DNA of 64,000 bases from Takakia lepidozioides (lineage: Eukaryota; Plantae; Bryophyta), in NCBI GenBank assembly GCA_030704615.1, contig CM060731.1:23932001-23996000 (forward strand), given 5' to 3'. The translations under genes were made by a program, and so were the position numbers. This document shows positions 24,900 through 38,208 of this stretch, in pieces. The notes under the pieces are model-generated. The model made no database searches, was not told the origin of the DNA, and saw only the letters and a program-made list of their open reading frames with translations. Position 1 is the first letter of the stretch, and each line of letters opens with the position of its first letter.

Positions 24900-27050
24900 G
24901 TGCAGCGCTTGGAGGGCCTCGCTAAGGTCGGGGAAGATGTTCTGAAAGAGAAACGCCACATGCAAGGAACATCGCTCACACACACGAAACTCGCTGAGAT
25001 CGTGGAGAGACAACGCCACCTCCAAGGAAATCGCTCACACACACCAAACTCCACCTGCAAGGTACATCGCATGCTGTCATCTTTTTGCGTCGCCTTGCTT
25101 GCGGTTGTTGCAGAGCCATAGACAAACCTGCTGGGCACTTGTTGTACAGTTGAGCTGCCAATTCAGGGTGCAGCTGGAAATGCAATCATGAAGTAGTTTC
25201 TTTGTCACTGCATAGATGTTGTAGCCTTATGGCCATGGATGCATCTCCTTCAATTGGGTGGTCACCAATGTTGCATTGATAAAGGGTACCATTGCTGGAG
25301 GGGGTGTTATTCCGCATATCCATAAGTCCCTCATTAACCAGTCATCAAAGAAGGACTAAGCAGTGCTAGGTAGCCAGGGAGACTACAGTTTGCAAGAGCA
25401 TTCATTGCATGTGGTGATGATCCATATGGGAAGGCGCAGAAGTTCTACAGTTCCCCTCGTTACAAATTCTTGATGATTAGTGGCAAGTAGGGTGTCAATC
25501 CAGACAGGGCGAGGTAGTGACTACAGGGTTAACAGAGGTGGTCATGTAAAGAGAAAAGCCGGGCAGAAACAGAGTGAAGCTCAACATGCAAGAGCTTTAA
25601 AGGCCACCTGAGATTCTCAGTCTGCTTGTTCACTCCAGTGGTTTGGATGTTGTGTCGTGTGTCAGATTTGTAAGTTTACTAGATGCAGTTGCTAGCGTGT
25701 ACTTCATATTGTTTCATCCCATTTGTCAGATACTGTCTTTTTTCACATCTCATGTCTCAAATCTTCCTACTTTTTGTCAGGTTCAATTAATTCTTTTGTG
25801 TCATTTCCAGCAGAACTAGAGATTGGTAGTAACCACAACGAGCTATGGAATCACCTTCTCTTTTGCCTTGGATGGTTCCAAGGTTGATTGCTATGACTGT
25901 CAACAAATTTTACTGGAATACATGAGATTGATGTGAAACATGTCGGTTCAGTGACAGTGTCCTTGGCTGTATCTCTTCTTTGTGGGCCTAACAAGCTGCT
26001 CAGATCATTCTATATTGTGTAGATTGCACTAGTAAGGAGCACAGCACATTCCACTCGATAGGTCATAAATTTGGTAGACATGCAGACTTTGTAACAGGAT
26101 TGCCAGGGAAAATGTTGGCCTGAAAAGATGGCGCTTCTTTGAATAGAAACTGTGCACCACTGAATTGGGAGTACATTGGTGGGTGGGTATATTGGAAACC
26201 AGACAAGCCTCAGATCATGTTAGTGCTGATAAACTAGCAGACTTCTCATAAAGATGTAGCCATGTGCTGATGACCTAAATGACTACATCAAGTCATATTA
26301 CAACTCCCACTAATGGGGCTGAAGTTATAACCGAGTGTTGTGTCAGAGGCAGCTTCTTCCAGTGGTCTAATACATCAATAAATCATTCAGCAGAGTGACT
26401 GTTTTCATAGTGTGTATGCAAGAGAGACCAAGAGAGGACAAGTTGATCAAGGATGCCACAATCCTGGGCAACAACTTGCATTGTGCACACGAAAGCACAT
26501 CCATGGAACCAGGGACTTTGTTGTTCACTTGCCACCTCATTCACTGACTTCGTCTTCATTGATGGAGATCCATCCAGACAATACTGTTGTCACCTAGATA
26601 GGACAAACCAACCATTCTAAATTGCTGGCAATTGCTTCTGCCTGCTTACCCTTCATCTAAACCCTAACACAGAAGGACACCCAAAACAGCTATATCCAGG
26701 AGGTCAAATGAGGACCTCTGGAGTCATAAAAAGATGCATTGCTTTGTTCACTTGTAGCATATATTCCAGATTTATCAGACTCTCTCTCAACAGAGGAGAC
26801 GCTTGCCCAAGTGTATACAAAAGATGAGAGTGAATACACAAAGTCAAGCCCAAATTGGTAGAGCTGTTGTGAGAGGTATAAGTGGGTGGAAGTCTCTCTA
26901 CTGCTCCACAAGACATATACTAGGATAAGACATGCCGCGTGTTTTGTACTACAGGACTGCTCAGCACTTTGTCCTTCTTCCTCACCACTCTGAAGTGAAT
27001 ACATTCGATCCAAAAAGTGTGATGACTTCAACATTAGGACAATCACAATG
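24900..27050 (+). mobile_element. Possible highly degraded MULE/MuDR transposase remnant
   Basis: Scattered motif-like pieces occur in the expected order across frames: SGCSW (about 25160), GHQC (about 25260), KEKA (about 25550), RENVGLKRWRFFE*KL (about 26105-26150). Many stop codons; no TIRs found. Confidence 0.3.
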
Positions 27051-28307
27051 CATCCATATAGTCATCCCCCCCAAGCCTGGCCATATGATAACAGTTATTT
27101 GAAATCATAGAATCAGAGGCGATTGAAACAGTCTCACTGCTATAACTACCCTCTAGTGCTGACATGTCTGCTTGTTGAGGCGAGAGTTCAACACCACCAG
27201 TAGCCACTACAACAGATGAGCGTTTTTATGACTGCACATATGACTATTTTTTCAGTCATATATGCGTTCACGACTATATCACTCTGCAGTGAAAAAAACC
27301 CTGTCATAGCGACTAGTCTTTAGGACTGCGTTTTGCAAGTCATAGCCGTGACTGTGTGCGTGGCACTTGGAGTCATGCTGTAGAGAGGATGTAGTCACAA
27401 CTATATGATTTATATATGACTAACTATATGACTACATGTCTACAAAGTATAACTCCATTGGAGAGGCGTCAGAGAGACATATGTAGCACTCCGGATGTGA
27501 CACGTGTCCACATGGACAACATATATGACCCACACGTGGGAAAGAATATCGTATCATATAATGCCACGTTGCCATGATGTAGTCATGAGTATATAACTGC
27601 ATGACTAAAGAGGTTTTTCAATAATATTTTAATTTAATAAATTAAATCATACATAATATTTAGATTATTAATTGATTTAAATTCTCATTAGGTATCTAGG
27701 AAAATAGAATGGAAGCCATTGTTGTTTTTTATTATTATTTTTATTTTTGTTAACAAAGAGGGACAGTGGGGACAGTGGCCTCTAGAACTTTATAGGTAAT
27801 GGACATAAAATGTCCTTGGATACAAAGAGGAAAAATAACCTCTGGATAGAGTGCCATAGAGGCTGAAAGAGGAAGACACAGCTTCGCGTACCAAGACAAG
27901 AAAGAGTAGTAAGAAGGAAGGCAAGCAAAGAAGGGGGTCTGCATAGAGCTAAAGAGTCTAGCAGAAAAAGAGACTGCAGCCAGAAACTACTGCCATAACT
28001 TGGAAACAGAAAGGCACCGAGTTAAGGAGAAGAACTGAAAATCAGCTAACAATGTCATAAGAAAGTTGGGCCCTAGGCCTAGCCTTCCACTTCCTAAAAG
28101 ATCTACAGATGGAGAGACATCCCTGCAGGGGGCGTGCTCTTCAGCTCAAGACCAACCAATTGATCATCTATCCATGCAGGTTTCTTGTAGCTATCCTTCC
28201 ACATGGAATCATATGTAATCTGGAGATTGAAATCCGGCCCTCTTTGATGAATCTGGACCATGCACTCTATCCCTGTTCCTTCAAATCATGTATATATGTA
28301 TCATGTA

Positions 28308-28313
<6 letters not shown>

Positions 28314-28362
<49 letters not shown>
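28314..28362. repeat. (GA)n microsatellite, about 24 units
   Basis: Directly visible in the sequence. Confidence 0.97.
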
Positions 28363-28365
<3 letters not shown>

Positions 28366-30499
28366 TTACCATGTCACATTCCCAATCTCTGGGGGGAGCT
28401 TAAGAATACAGTTCGTAATAAAAAAAAGCCCTTTTAAAATACTGGCTTGGTAATTCTTGGGTTCAAATAGCTTAAACAAGTATGTTGTAAGCTCAACAGG
28501 TCTTTGAGAAAACCATTCCAGCAGGCCTAAGAGTGAGAGCTTTGATGAAAACAATTCCCTATTACAGCTTTAAAGGACTTGTATGTTCCTAAAAGCACAA
28601 GCTGAACTGATTGTACTTCCATAAGTAGATGCAGGGCTATGGTATGTATCCCAAGGCCTTATCCAGTCACTCTACCAAGTTTTAGAGAGATCCTCAAAAA
28701 TACCAGTCTGTAATCAGGTTATAATCTCCATGGGGGAGCCTGAAAGAATGTATGTGTTCTTAAAAAGGCTTACCCAATGCCTTACTTAATACATTCTAAA
28801 CTGGTGAGGCATAAACAACACTGTCTGACTCTCCAAAAGGCCAGAAAACAGGTCTGGAAAATGCATCCAATGTCACACTTGCATCACCAAACCCTTGTCA
28901 TCACAACCAGCCCGAACCTTCACAATAAGGTCTGATTTCTAGGAGGCCCAGCCCATTTATTTCCCTGACTTAACAGATTTGGTTACCAAGAACCAGAAAT
29001 CAAAGTAAAGGTTTAAGGCATATCCCCCTTGAAGCAGAAAATTGCAACAACGGCAGCTTGCAGCATATCTTATCCCTCTTGCAGTAACCAGATCATTTGC
29101 AAGCCAAAGAGTTCATGCCAAGTGAAATCCCTCACCTGCGCCCGTCCCAAAAACAAACACAAAAAATGTTTTGTGCGTTAGTGAGGATGCGCGAGGTGAA
29201 TTACAGGATTTCACAGTTGCTATCCATGTCAGGTATGAGCCATAAAGCATGCAAAGATCACAGAACCAGCAGAAGAAAGCATAGATGTGACACCACAAAG
29301 AACCTCAATCTTTTGTGGAGTAGGACGCTGCAGTGTTCATCATCTGAATTTGAACGAGCACAACAGAATGCAACGGGAGGAGAGTTGAGGACAGGTTGTA
29401 TCTTGTAATACAGGCCGCTTCCCCACCTCCATAACCGCCGCTGCTTCATCAATGAGGAAAAAACGTAGGCAAACATAACAGTATGTCATTTGCCATCGCG
29501 GGAGATGAAAGTGTCTGCCGTCATCGCGCGTTCAAAAAACAAGAACACACCCGTTCGGATCTTGCTGCTCGGGCATTCAGCCGCCATCGAGCATTCGTCC
29601 GCCATCGCCCTCTTCCAGAGAAAAAAAACACGCACGATATCGTGCTATGTCTAGGGCAGAGAGACACTTAAAGGAAAACCACCCGCGATTTCATCCACCA
29701 TCCGGTATGGATGGTATCAGACCAGGATGAAAAATGGGCATTCAATAGGTTTAAATCAAAGGAGCATAAACCTAAAATGCATTGAAATGCATATCTGCCT
29801 GTAAATCATCCAGTTATGGTTATAACAGAAATTTCATTCAGTATGGATGAAACCTTAAAAACCCTATTGGATGAACCTGGACCTCTATCCCTGGTCCTTT
29901 AGCTACCCCTGTCTGTGTACAAATCATGAATACTTGCTGCTAGCAGCTGACACTGACGGCGTGAAGTTCTTCTAGCAAACCCCAACCCTAATTATTACAG
30001 TAGTTCTAATTCTAAATTGCATCTACTTCTCTCTAGTGTAGTCCAACATGCATTCACCTTTTTGTCTCCATTGTCTCGCCATTGACTGGGGTCGGAAAAG
30101 TGTTCATTCCAAAGCTTCTCCTCATCTCTATTACCTGTTTTTAGATACTTTCATGCTACCAAACAGAGCAAAACAGGCTGAAATAGGTCAAAGAAGAAAG
30201 TATCCTCACCACATTGTCCTTTATCTTGTATCATGACCCATAGAGGATTTGACCGACCATCAGTCCAAAATGACCCCTTGTGTGTGCTGCTTGTATCTGT
30301 AGTCAGGTAATGTTGGATTGGTATGTGAGATCGAACCACCACGGTGCAGCTGAGCAGGCAGAGATTGAAACACGACCTACTAAGACCAAGCTGACTCTCC
30401 CAAGAATGGCGAGCGTCTCCTCGTCTCGTCTCTCTCCCAAAAACGGCGAGCTCACAAGAATGTAGGGATCTTCTCCTCGTCTCCTCTCCTCCTCCTCTT

Positions 30500-30600
30500 C
30501 TCCTTCTTGCATCATTTGTTCAAGACTAGGAAGGTCTGCAAAGCCTCCATCCCACGCCCCTGCATATCCTACGATCATCGCGTTCCATGACACAACATCA
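30500..30600 (-). pseudogene. Short PPR P-motif fragment inside the second CACTA
   Basis: DVVSWNAMIVGYA...EQMMQEG. Nucleotide similarity to 11980-12045 (AAGCCTCCATCCC.CGCCCC...TGCATATCCT). Confidence 0.75.
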
Positions 30601-32512
30601 AATAGATGGTGAAACGCAGGAGACAAAAAAGCCTAAGTCCCAACCCGGTGTAAAGTTCGGTGGTGTAATCTTAAACCGTTAGATCTTAAACAATCTAGAC
30701 CGTTAGATCCTGTAAAATCTAACGATTCAAAATGATTTCCATCACATGATCTTACCTTGTACAACCACGTATTTTAATCTCATATATCTTGCGATCCTTG
30801 TTAAGCCACGTCCATCCAGGTCCAATTTATTGAACAGATATCAAATCGACACACCGTATAGGCGGATGGATGAACCCATCCATTGAATGAATTCATTAAT
30901 GTATATGCATTTTAAATGACATGTGTAGTGATGTAGTCATATATATGAGTTATGAAACAATTTGAAGTAGGGGACTCATAAGTTTACATGCCATGTCATC
31001 GATGGATAAACTCATCCAATGGATGAATACATTCATGTATGTGCTTTCAAAATGACACGTGTAGGGATGTAGTCGTATAAATAGAGCTGTAAAACCATCT
31101 TCAGTCATGGAGTCACAAGATTCCATGAAACGTCGTCCACGTCTAGTCAAACATATCACACTAGTCATAAAACCATCCTTGTCATCATGGTCAACAATGT
31201 TTGACCAATGTTCCCTAATTTTCCGGAGTCATGTAGTGATATCCATTACTATAAAGTGATAAAACTATGACTGCAACGCATTTCAGCGTTCTATAGTCGT
31301 GTACCTAGTGCCGTTTTTATGACTCCGCCAAATCCGTAGTCCTAAAAACACTCATCTCTTGTAGTGAGTGTTCCATTGCGAGATTAATGTGAACCCAGCT
31401 AGTATAGAACCCAAGTTTGACACTGAGTGACAGTGACTGATGGGATAGAGAAGCAATGAGTGATGTTCATTTTAGCACCCCGAATTAGTGACAAACCATA
31501 TGCAGTTGTTCTGGAGAGCAAGCAATGGACGGACATTCCAGATATGAGGAGAAGTATAATAGGCAGAATAATTTGTGACATATGCTTGCCTGCTTGGTGA
31601 CCACTGTACATTACAGCTATTGGGATTCACTACACTACTTCATGACAACAGCTAAAAGACGCTTGTGAAAGAATGCAAAATCTCACCCAAAATCGAGTTC
31701 GCGACGTCTTTGCTCTATGTCTGCTCACGAATGGTTGATCCACGATGAAGCGCTGATGGAATTCTGAGCCCTTGCGAATTCGAGCTAAACCTGCGGGGGA
31801 TTTCGCAAAATTGGCAGCAACACTGCAGTGCATCCTGTATGTTCCCCTTATGTGCACGAATGGTTATATTACGCGTTCCCAAGAAAAAGTGTGCGCGAAG
31901 GATGAACGCACAAGTGATGAAATCTTTTTCGCACCGGTTCTATAGCCGACAGGTGCGGCGTAAGGTTAAAGGAGGTTGGGGGTCAACGCACTACCGTTTT
32001 CCTGTAAACCCGCTCATCCAAAATGCCCTGTTACTAACCTCTTCGGCTCCTTAGCCCGGCAGGTGCGGCCTGGCCCTATGATAGATCCAAGACAATCAAG
32101 TTGTAGCCCGGTGGTAGTATTGGGCACACCACCTCGGGAGCGGTCGTGGGTTCAGTCTTGGTTCAGTCGTTGACTCCACTGATGGGTGTGACAAAGGTGT
32201 CCACCTTCTTGCAGAAGGCAGTACCCAAGGGTCAAGCGACACCATAGTTACGCCTCCTTTGCATTGCACGAGGGATCATCAATCATTACGTTGTCACAAC
32301 TACTTGATGTTAACGGAACTCAAGAATATTTCTTTCGTCCACCAACTCTCACGCCCACTTACATCATGCTTATATTGTCCGTATTCAAGCGGAAACGTGG
32401 TAGGAGTACTTGCCTAAACTCTAAATCCTAATTTATAAATGTGTACCTAGTCAGAAGGTGGTAGACAGAAGGTGGTCGATTATGTCGCTTTTCTCTCTCA
32501 CTGGGCAGAATC

Positions 32513-32798
32513 CAGCGTTTTATTTTTTGGCGAATTTTCACCAAATGGCGACCTCAAAAAGTAGAAAAGAATATTCTGTAGCAAATTCCGTGTTTTTTCT
32601 TGGATGAAATCGCCAAATTTCTCCCAAAAAAATAAAAATTATGGATGAATTCACCAAATATGGATGATATGAATGGATGAAAGTATGGATGTGGATGATT
32701 CTGTCCTAATTTGAATGGATGAACAGAATATATGCCTAATTTTTGCAAAACTCTATAGCCACTCGTGCTATTTTCCGAATTTAAAAAAAAAAACTCTG
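32513..32798. mobile_element. hAT MITE family A, inverted relative to 8222-8504
   Basis: CAGCGTTTT...AAAAACTCTG. Perfect 8-bp TSD GCAGAATC at 32505-32512 and 32799-32806. Shares AAAATAGCACGAGTGGCTA and GAGGTCGCCATTTGG with 8222-8504. Confidence 0.88.
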
Positions 32799-32828
32799 GC
32801 AGAATCGTGACCTTATTTGGCGGACATA

Positions 32829-35800
32829 AGGTAGAGGAACCTAAAATGGACAGCGACCTAAAATGGATACCTATTTTTGTATGAAAAATTGGCAAGAATT
32901 GACCTTTAAGTGACATTAAGCATGTGGGGACCATGTTGAGTCATATATGTGACAAATTTAGGTTCAAGGCTGGTTACAAATTGAGCAATAATTGATACTT
33001 ATGGGTCAGCGGGCTAGGAGGTCCGCTAAAGACAAGGTGACGAGTAATTAAATACCTAATTTCAAATTAACAAATTACCATAGTACCTTGGCAATTTCGA
33101 CACAAATTATAATATCTCAAAGATTGTTAAAATTTTTGGAAATTGATTTTGTGAAATTAAATAACTTTGTGAATGATAATAAAGCATCTTTGGGAATATT
33201 CCATATGTTGAAATGAAATTCTCAAAATAAAATAAATATTCGACATATGATTGTTGAACTTGCCCAAGGTCTACGGTATTCATATCAATTTTACATGTTC
33301 ATTATAATGATTTCAAAGTTCAAATTATGGCGGGGAGATGATAGATTTTGAATCATTGGTGATGAAATATTATTGTAAAGCTTGTTGTCACATTTAGGGA
33401 TGATAAATACTGTATGAAAACGGATGTGACATGTCCATATGAAGTGATTAGCCCACTAGGATTAGCTTGAGCTTAATCTCATTTTATTACTTAGAAGCAG
33501 CCAGCGGTAGGAGCTCCCAATGGAGGAATATTATAGAGTTAGCCAAATGTGGAAGCTGCTTCCAGACTCAGAAAAAAAGGGAGAGCAGCTAAAGAGTGAA
33601 TGTTGTAGTGAAACAGGCAGAGAAGTTGGCTTTGCGGTTAAATCCTCTAGAATCTGCTCATCCTGCCTCGATGATGGTTGTCTGCGATCAATGTTATTTG
33701 CTCGTGGTTGCATGTCAAGTGGCCGCAAGGATGACCGCGCTTGAGTTGCTTGCGGCTGTTATGATCGTACCTCATTGTTGCGGATGTGCTCACTGTTGCT
33801 AGTCCTTCCTGCTTATACGCTTGCAAATGGCCTTCCCTGACTTTTCGTAGCTCTTGTAGAATAAAACTATCAGAGATGACGGTGGAATAGAGGACGCAAC
33901 AACTCTTCCTGCACGCGCCTCACAACGCCAATGCATCTAACATAAAAGAAACTTGAAGAGAAAACTGGATTGATGTCGACCTGGAAAATGCAATGGATGC
34001 AGTGGACAGAGGATCTAAGATCCTAATTGCAAGCAAAAACTTTGACATCCCTGTGACATCACTCCGAAATCACCTCTATGGACGCACAACCACACGACGT
34101 AGAGGGAAATCATGCCTATTAGAGACATTAGAGGAAGATGCACTTGTAAACTACATCAAGAAAATGCAGAATATTGGGCATCCATTAACATTGACACAGT
34201 TGAGGCTTAAGGTGGCAGAGATTACCCAAGAAAGAGTCAAGTGTCCATTCAAAAATGGGATTCCAGGTGGGGGTGGCTCAGATGGTTTAAAAGGTGACAT
34301 CGAGACCTATCTCTCCGAGTAGCTCATGGACTTGAGATAGGGCGTGCCAAGGGGTTGTGCCCAAGAAATGTATCTACATTCTACACAAATTTAAATGAGG
34401 CCTATACTATACACAATTACGAGCCACTTTAGATCTTGAATTGTGATAAATCTGGTGTGGGCAGGCTGGTAGAAATGGAGGTGCTCGGGTGTTGGCCAAA
34501 ACAGGGTCCAAAACATGCATTCCATCATACCCAACGAGAGGGAATGGCTGTCTGTTCTATCCTGCATCAATGCTAATGGTGAGTCAATTCCAAATTTCTA
34601 CATTTTCAAAGGTAAGCAATTCAGACGAAATTACATTGAGCAATGTGAGAATAGTGCCCACTATGGCCATGCAACATAAAGCATGGATGACTGATATTCT
34701 ATTCTCCAAACGGATCTCATATTTTCATTGCCTTTGTACAAGCAAAATGATGTCAACATGTCAACCACAAATTGACACTTATTGATTTTAGATGGCCATA
34801 ATTCGCATGTGACTATTGATGTTGTGAATCAAGCGAGGGTTGCAGGCTTGGATTTGATTACTCTACCATCATATACAAGCCATGCATTGCAATCTTTAGA
34901 TGTGTCTTGTTTCAAGCCATTCAAAACTGGCAAACAAGGGGAAGAGCGCAAAATTTTTTTTTGGCACAAAGGGTGTCTTTAGCCCTCAAGAAAGCACTGA
35001 TACCACAGAACATTCGCAAGGGATTCAAGACTACTGGAATCTGGCCATTGTTCCAAAAGCAAGATAAAAAACTTTACTTACCAAAGTGAGTCTCTCTAGA
35101 AATGGTCAGGACTTGGTCTAGACCCACATATAGACAAGAAACGTACTTTGAATGTCTAAATGGTTCAGGAATCATGAGGCTTGCACGCATGAATAGAAGG
35201 AAGACGATACATAAATTGATGAGATAATACCTACTCTGGCATGGATTAAGGCGACAAGGGGTCAACTGTGATTGACAATGAGCAATATGACCATCTGTCA
35301 ATGCAAAAACTCAAAATCAAGGTCCATTCATTTATGCTCTGCACAACTGAGCTTTAGCAAAGCATATTCAAAAGAACCTATTCTGAGTAGACGAGGACTG
35401 TTCAAATTACAAGAGTATCCAGTGATGAAATCAAATCATAACGAGCCACCCTCAAGCTGACTACTAGCTAAGGTAAATACCAAGAGCATGCTTTGACAGC
35501 TCTGACAGTGAAGTACCAAAACCCACTGTACTCAAAATGCTACAGTTCTGTGAGTAGAAAAGTTTAACCTAAAAGAACTCAGCTGGCTCCAAACATAGCA
35601 CTTCTGAATAGCAGTACAAATCATCACATCACAAATTGGTGGTTACATTTTGAGTGCTTCAAATATGAATGGTAAACATTGAGCACAATACACCTACGCA
35701 GTGCGATACGTTGGAAGCTATTGGCAAGTGAAGGGTGTTATGGTTCCATCACGTCCCAGACACCGAAATGTGAGCTCCAAAATAACACCAAACAAGAGTA

Positions 35801-36447
35801 TCAACCCTACCTCACAGTGCATCCAAGCTTCAAGAGATCGCAGGAACGCATCGCTTGGGCTCCAGAGCTTCGCGCGAAAATGTTCCTTGCGATGAGACAA
35901 CGTACATACATGAGGCTAATCTATATAGAATGCTTTATTTTAGGAATGGGATGTGCCTTGTCCATTATCTAGCGTATCAGTGACTTTTTAACATGTTATG
36001 AACATTGGTATCCAGCCGATCGGGAGGCATGTCTGCAATGAGCTCTAAGCAACATTGGGTCATGAATTGAAACTTTTATGACGGTGCCCTGTGATATTAT
36101 GGGGGGTTGGCAGGCTACATTCAGGTCCACTTCATGTCCCTATTAGGTTGGCATTAATTCATAATAGGCTAACTTTATGTCCATTTTAGGACCACATAAA
36201 ATTATAAATGGATGACCTAGGAACCATGATAGGAAAATTGTTGTGCACATTTGGGGGGGGCCTATGTGTCACTACTAAGTGTCTACTAGTATTAGACTTT
36301 ACAAAATCATATCAATCTCATATCTTAACTATAATTCATGAAACAAATTGCTTTTATTTTTTATTTTTTGTTAATTTGTTCTCATTTTGTTTTTATCATT
36401 CTATCTATGTGAACTAACTAAACTGTCCATTTAAGGTTCCTCTACCT
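32829..36447 (+). mobile_element. pogo/Tigger-type (Tc1-mariner) DNA transposon, defective
   Basis: 25-bp TIR AGGTAGAGGAACCTAAAATGGACAG (24/25 match) with TA on both sides. Contains a degenerate transposase. Confidence 0.9.
33960..35060 (+). pseudogene. pogo-like transposase (HTH_psq, CENP-B-type HTH and DDE_1), frameshifted
   Basis: LENAMDAV..FDIPVTSLRNHL; EEDALVNYI..GHPLT..LKVAEI..PFKNGIPG; NCDKSG; EWLSVLSCINANG..IPNFYIFKG; LILDGHNSH; LPSYTSHALQSLDVSCFKPFK. Confidence 0.9.
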
Positions 36448-38208
36448 TATATAGCAGGCGTCAGATCATAATAGTACATTATGCAATGTTGCCCGATTCG
36501 CCACTTTTTTTGAGCAGGCAGCTTACCCGGCAGATACCATTTGCCGGCCCATTCCATAGTACATTATGGTTGGTGTGAAAACAAATTAGGTAGTGAAAGA
36601 GGCCCGGGCAGGCTTTTGATGACGTAAAGAACCATGATATTTTAGTTAGTTCATTTTTAGGGCAGAAGATTGCACTGTACCTTCCGGCCCTCGTAAGGTC
36701 CTTGCCACTGGCAAAATACCTTACGAAATTCAGAGTTCTTTTCGATGCTTTCTTCTCTCATGCCGATCCTGGCTACCATGTTCTAAATGCATGTTCACTT
36801 ATAGGTTGCTCCTCTCATCGGTCGCAGTGGTAGGATTCTATCAGGGCTTCAGCATACCCTTGCCCTCATTCTGGAGCTCGCATCTTGTTGTTAGAATTGA
36901 GCAAGAACATGAACAAGAACTAAAGTCTTAGACTAAAGCTAAAACTAAAGCTCTCCTCCCAACCATAGAAGCCACCATCATACTCTTACACTTAGACTAG
37001 TGGCTTCACCCCCGAGCTTGTACAAGAAGGTCTCTAGAAAGTCCTACTTGGTCACTTCCACTATGGTGACCATCCACCTTCTAACCATTCACCTTCTAAA
37101 GGTGAGTTAAACAAGATAGTCTCTTAGACTTTTAACCTTTTGGCCTTCAAGACTCTTAGTCTTCTAGATATGTTTAATTACTTCCAACACTTGTGAGCTC
37201 TCGATTTCGCTCATGACCCTCTCCTAGCTGTTGTTCTTAGTCATAGCATTCCTCCTCATCCTCTTGGATGGTTTTCTCTCCGTTAAAAGTACTCTGGGTT
37301 CGTCCCTCACCATCAGGTGTGTTTGCCTTATGGCCCCACAGGGATTTATTTTTTCCCCTCTCATAATAAAATATCCAGATTTATTCAAAAAAAAAAAAAG
37401 GTGAAAAAACATAAAATGCAGTATGGGACCCACCCTAGGAATGACTACAAAGAGGTATAACCAAATCTTGTCCAAAAACTAGAAAGACATGAGAAGGCTG
37501 CCAACAAAAACAGGAGGCATGGGCATGTGGAATTTGAGCTCAATTGGCTCAGCCATTTAAGAATTTCCATAAGAATATTGGTGAAATTGTTTCCTACTCT
37601 GCAAAGGTTGCAGAAACTTTTCATTGCTCACAAAAATGATATAACATTGCAATTTCGAAGGCCAAATGTCAGGAAAGTTTAGTCAAAGGCCGGGGATGAT
37701 GTTTACAACATGATTAACCAGTGAACTTTATAGATCTCGGCAAAGTCTTACTTATAGATGAAAAGGTAGTAGGAGGTTCAGAATTTGCTATAAAAGCTGT
37801 TGGGTTCACAATGAATTTTCTTGTGTAGAATGTAGAATTTTCCTAACAGTAAAGCAGGAGACGCAGAAAATGAGAGATTCTTAAGCACAGACTAGACATG
37901 TATGGGCAGAATCCCTAGCAGGCGACAGAAAGGAATTTGCTTGAGCGACGGGAAGAAGCCGCACATCGGATCTCAATTATTAAATTTCCCACAAACATAA
38001 GCTCCTAGATGAGAGTCCAGGGTCCAGGGAGTGAGGATGGGAGCACACTGAGGTGAAACTGATCAGCAAATCTGCCTTGTCTAATAATGAGCATTCCAAC
38101 GACAGCGACCTCTGAAACAGGACTCAGCTAGGCAGTGGGTTGCTGCAACTCCTGATTGATCATATGATCTCCAGGTACGTCAACCATGCTTGGTGGGAGA
38201 AGGGGAAG

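Larger units (their letters stand above)
27205..31366. mobile_element. Non-autonomous CACTA element with captured sequence
   Basis: Left TIR CACTACAACAGATGAGCGTTTTTATGACT versus CACTACAAGAGATGAGTGTTTTTAGGACT (reverse complement of the right end). TSD AGC/AGT has one transition. ATGACT/AGTCAT subterminal repeats at both ends. No transposase. Confidence 0.88.

Noticed and set aside
32100-32165. TAGCCCGGTGG...GGTTCAGTC, A/B-box-like motifs
   Set aside because: The B box is poor, and there is no cloverleaf, tail or TSD. At most a SINE relic, so it is not called as a tRNA.
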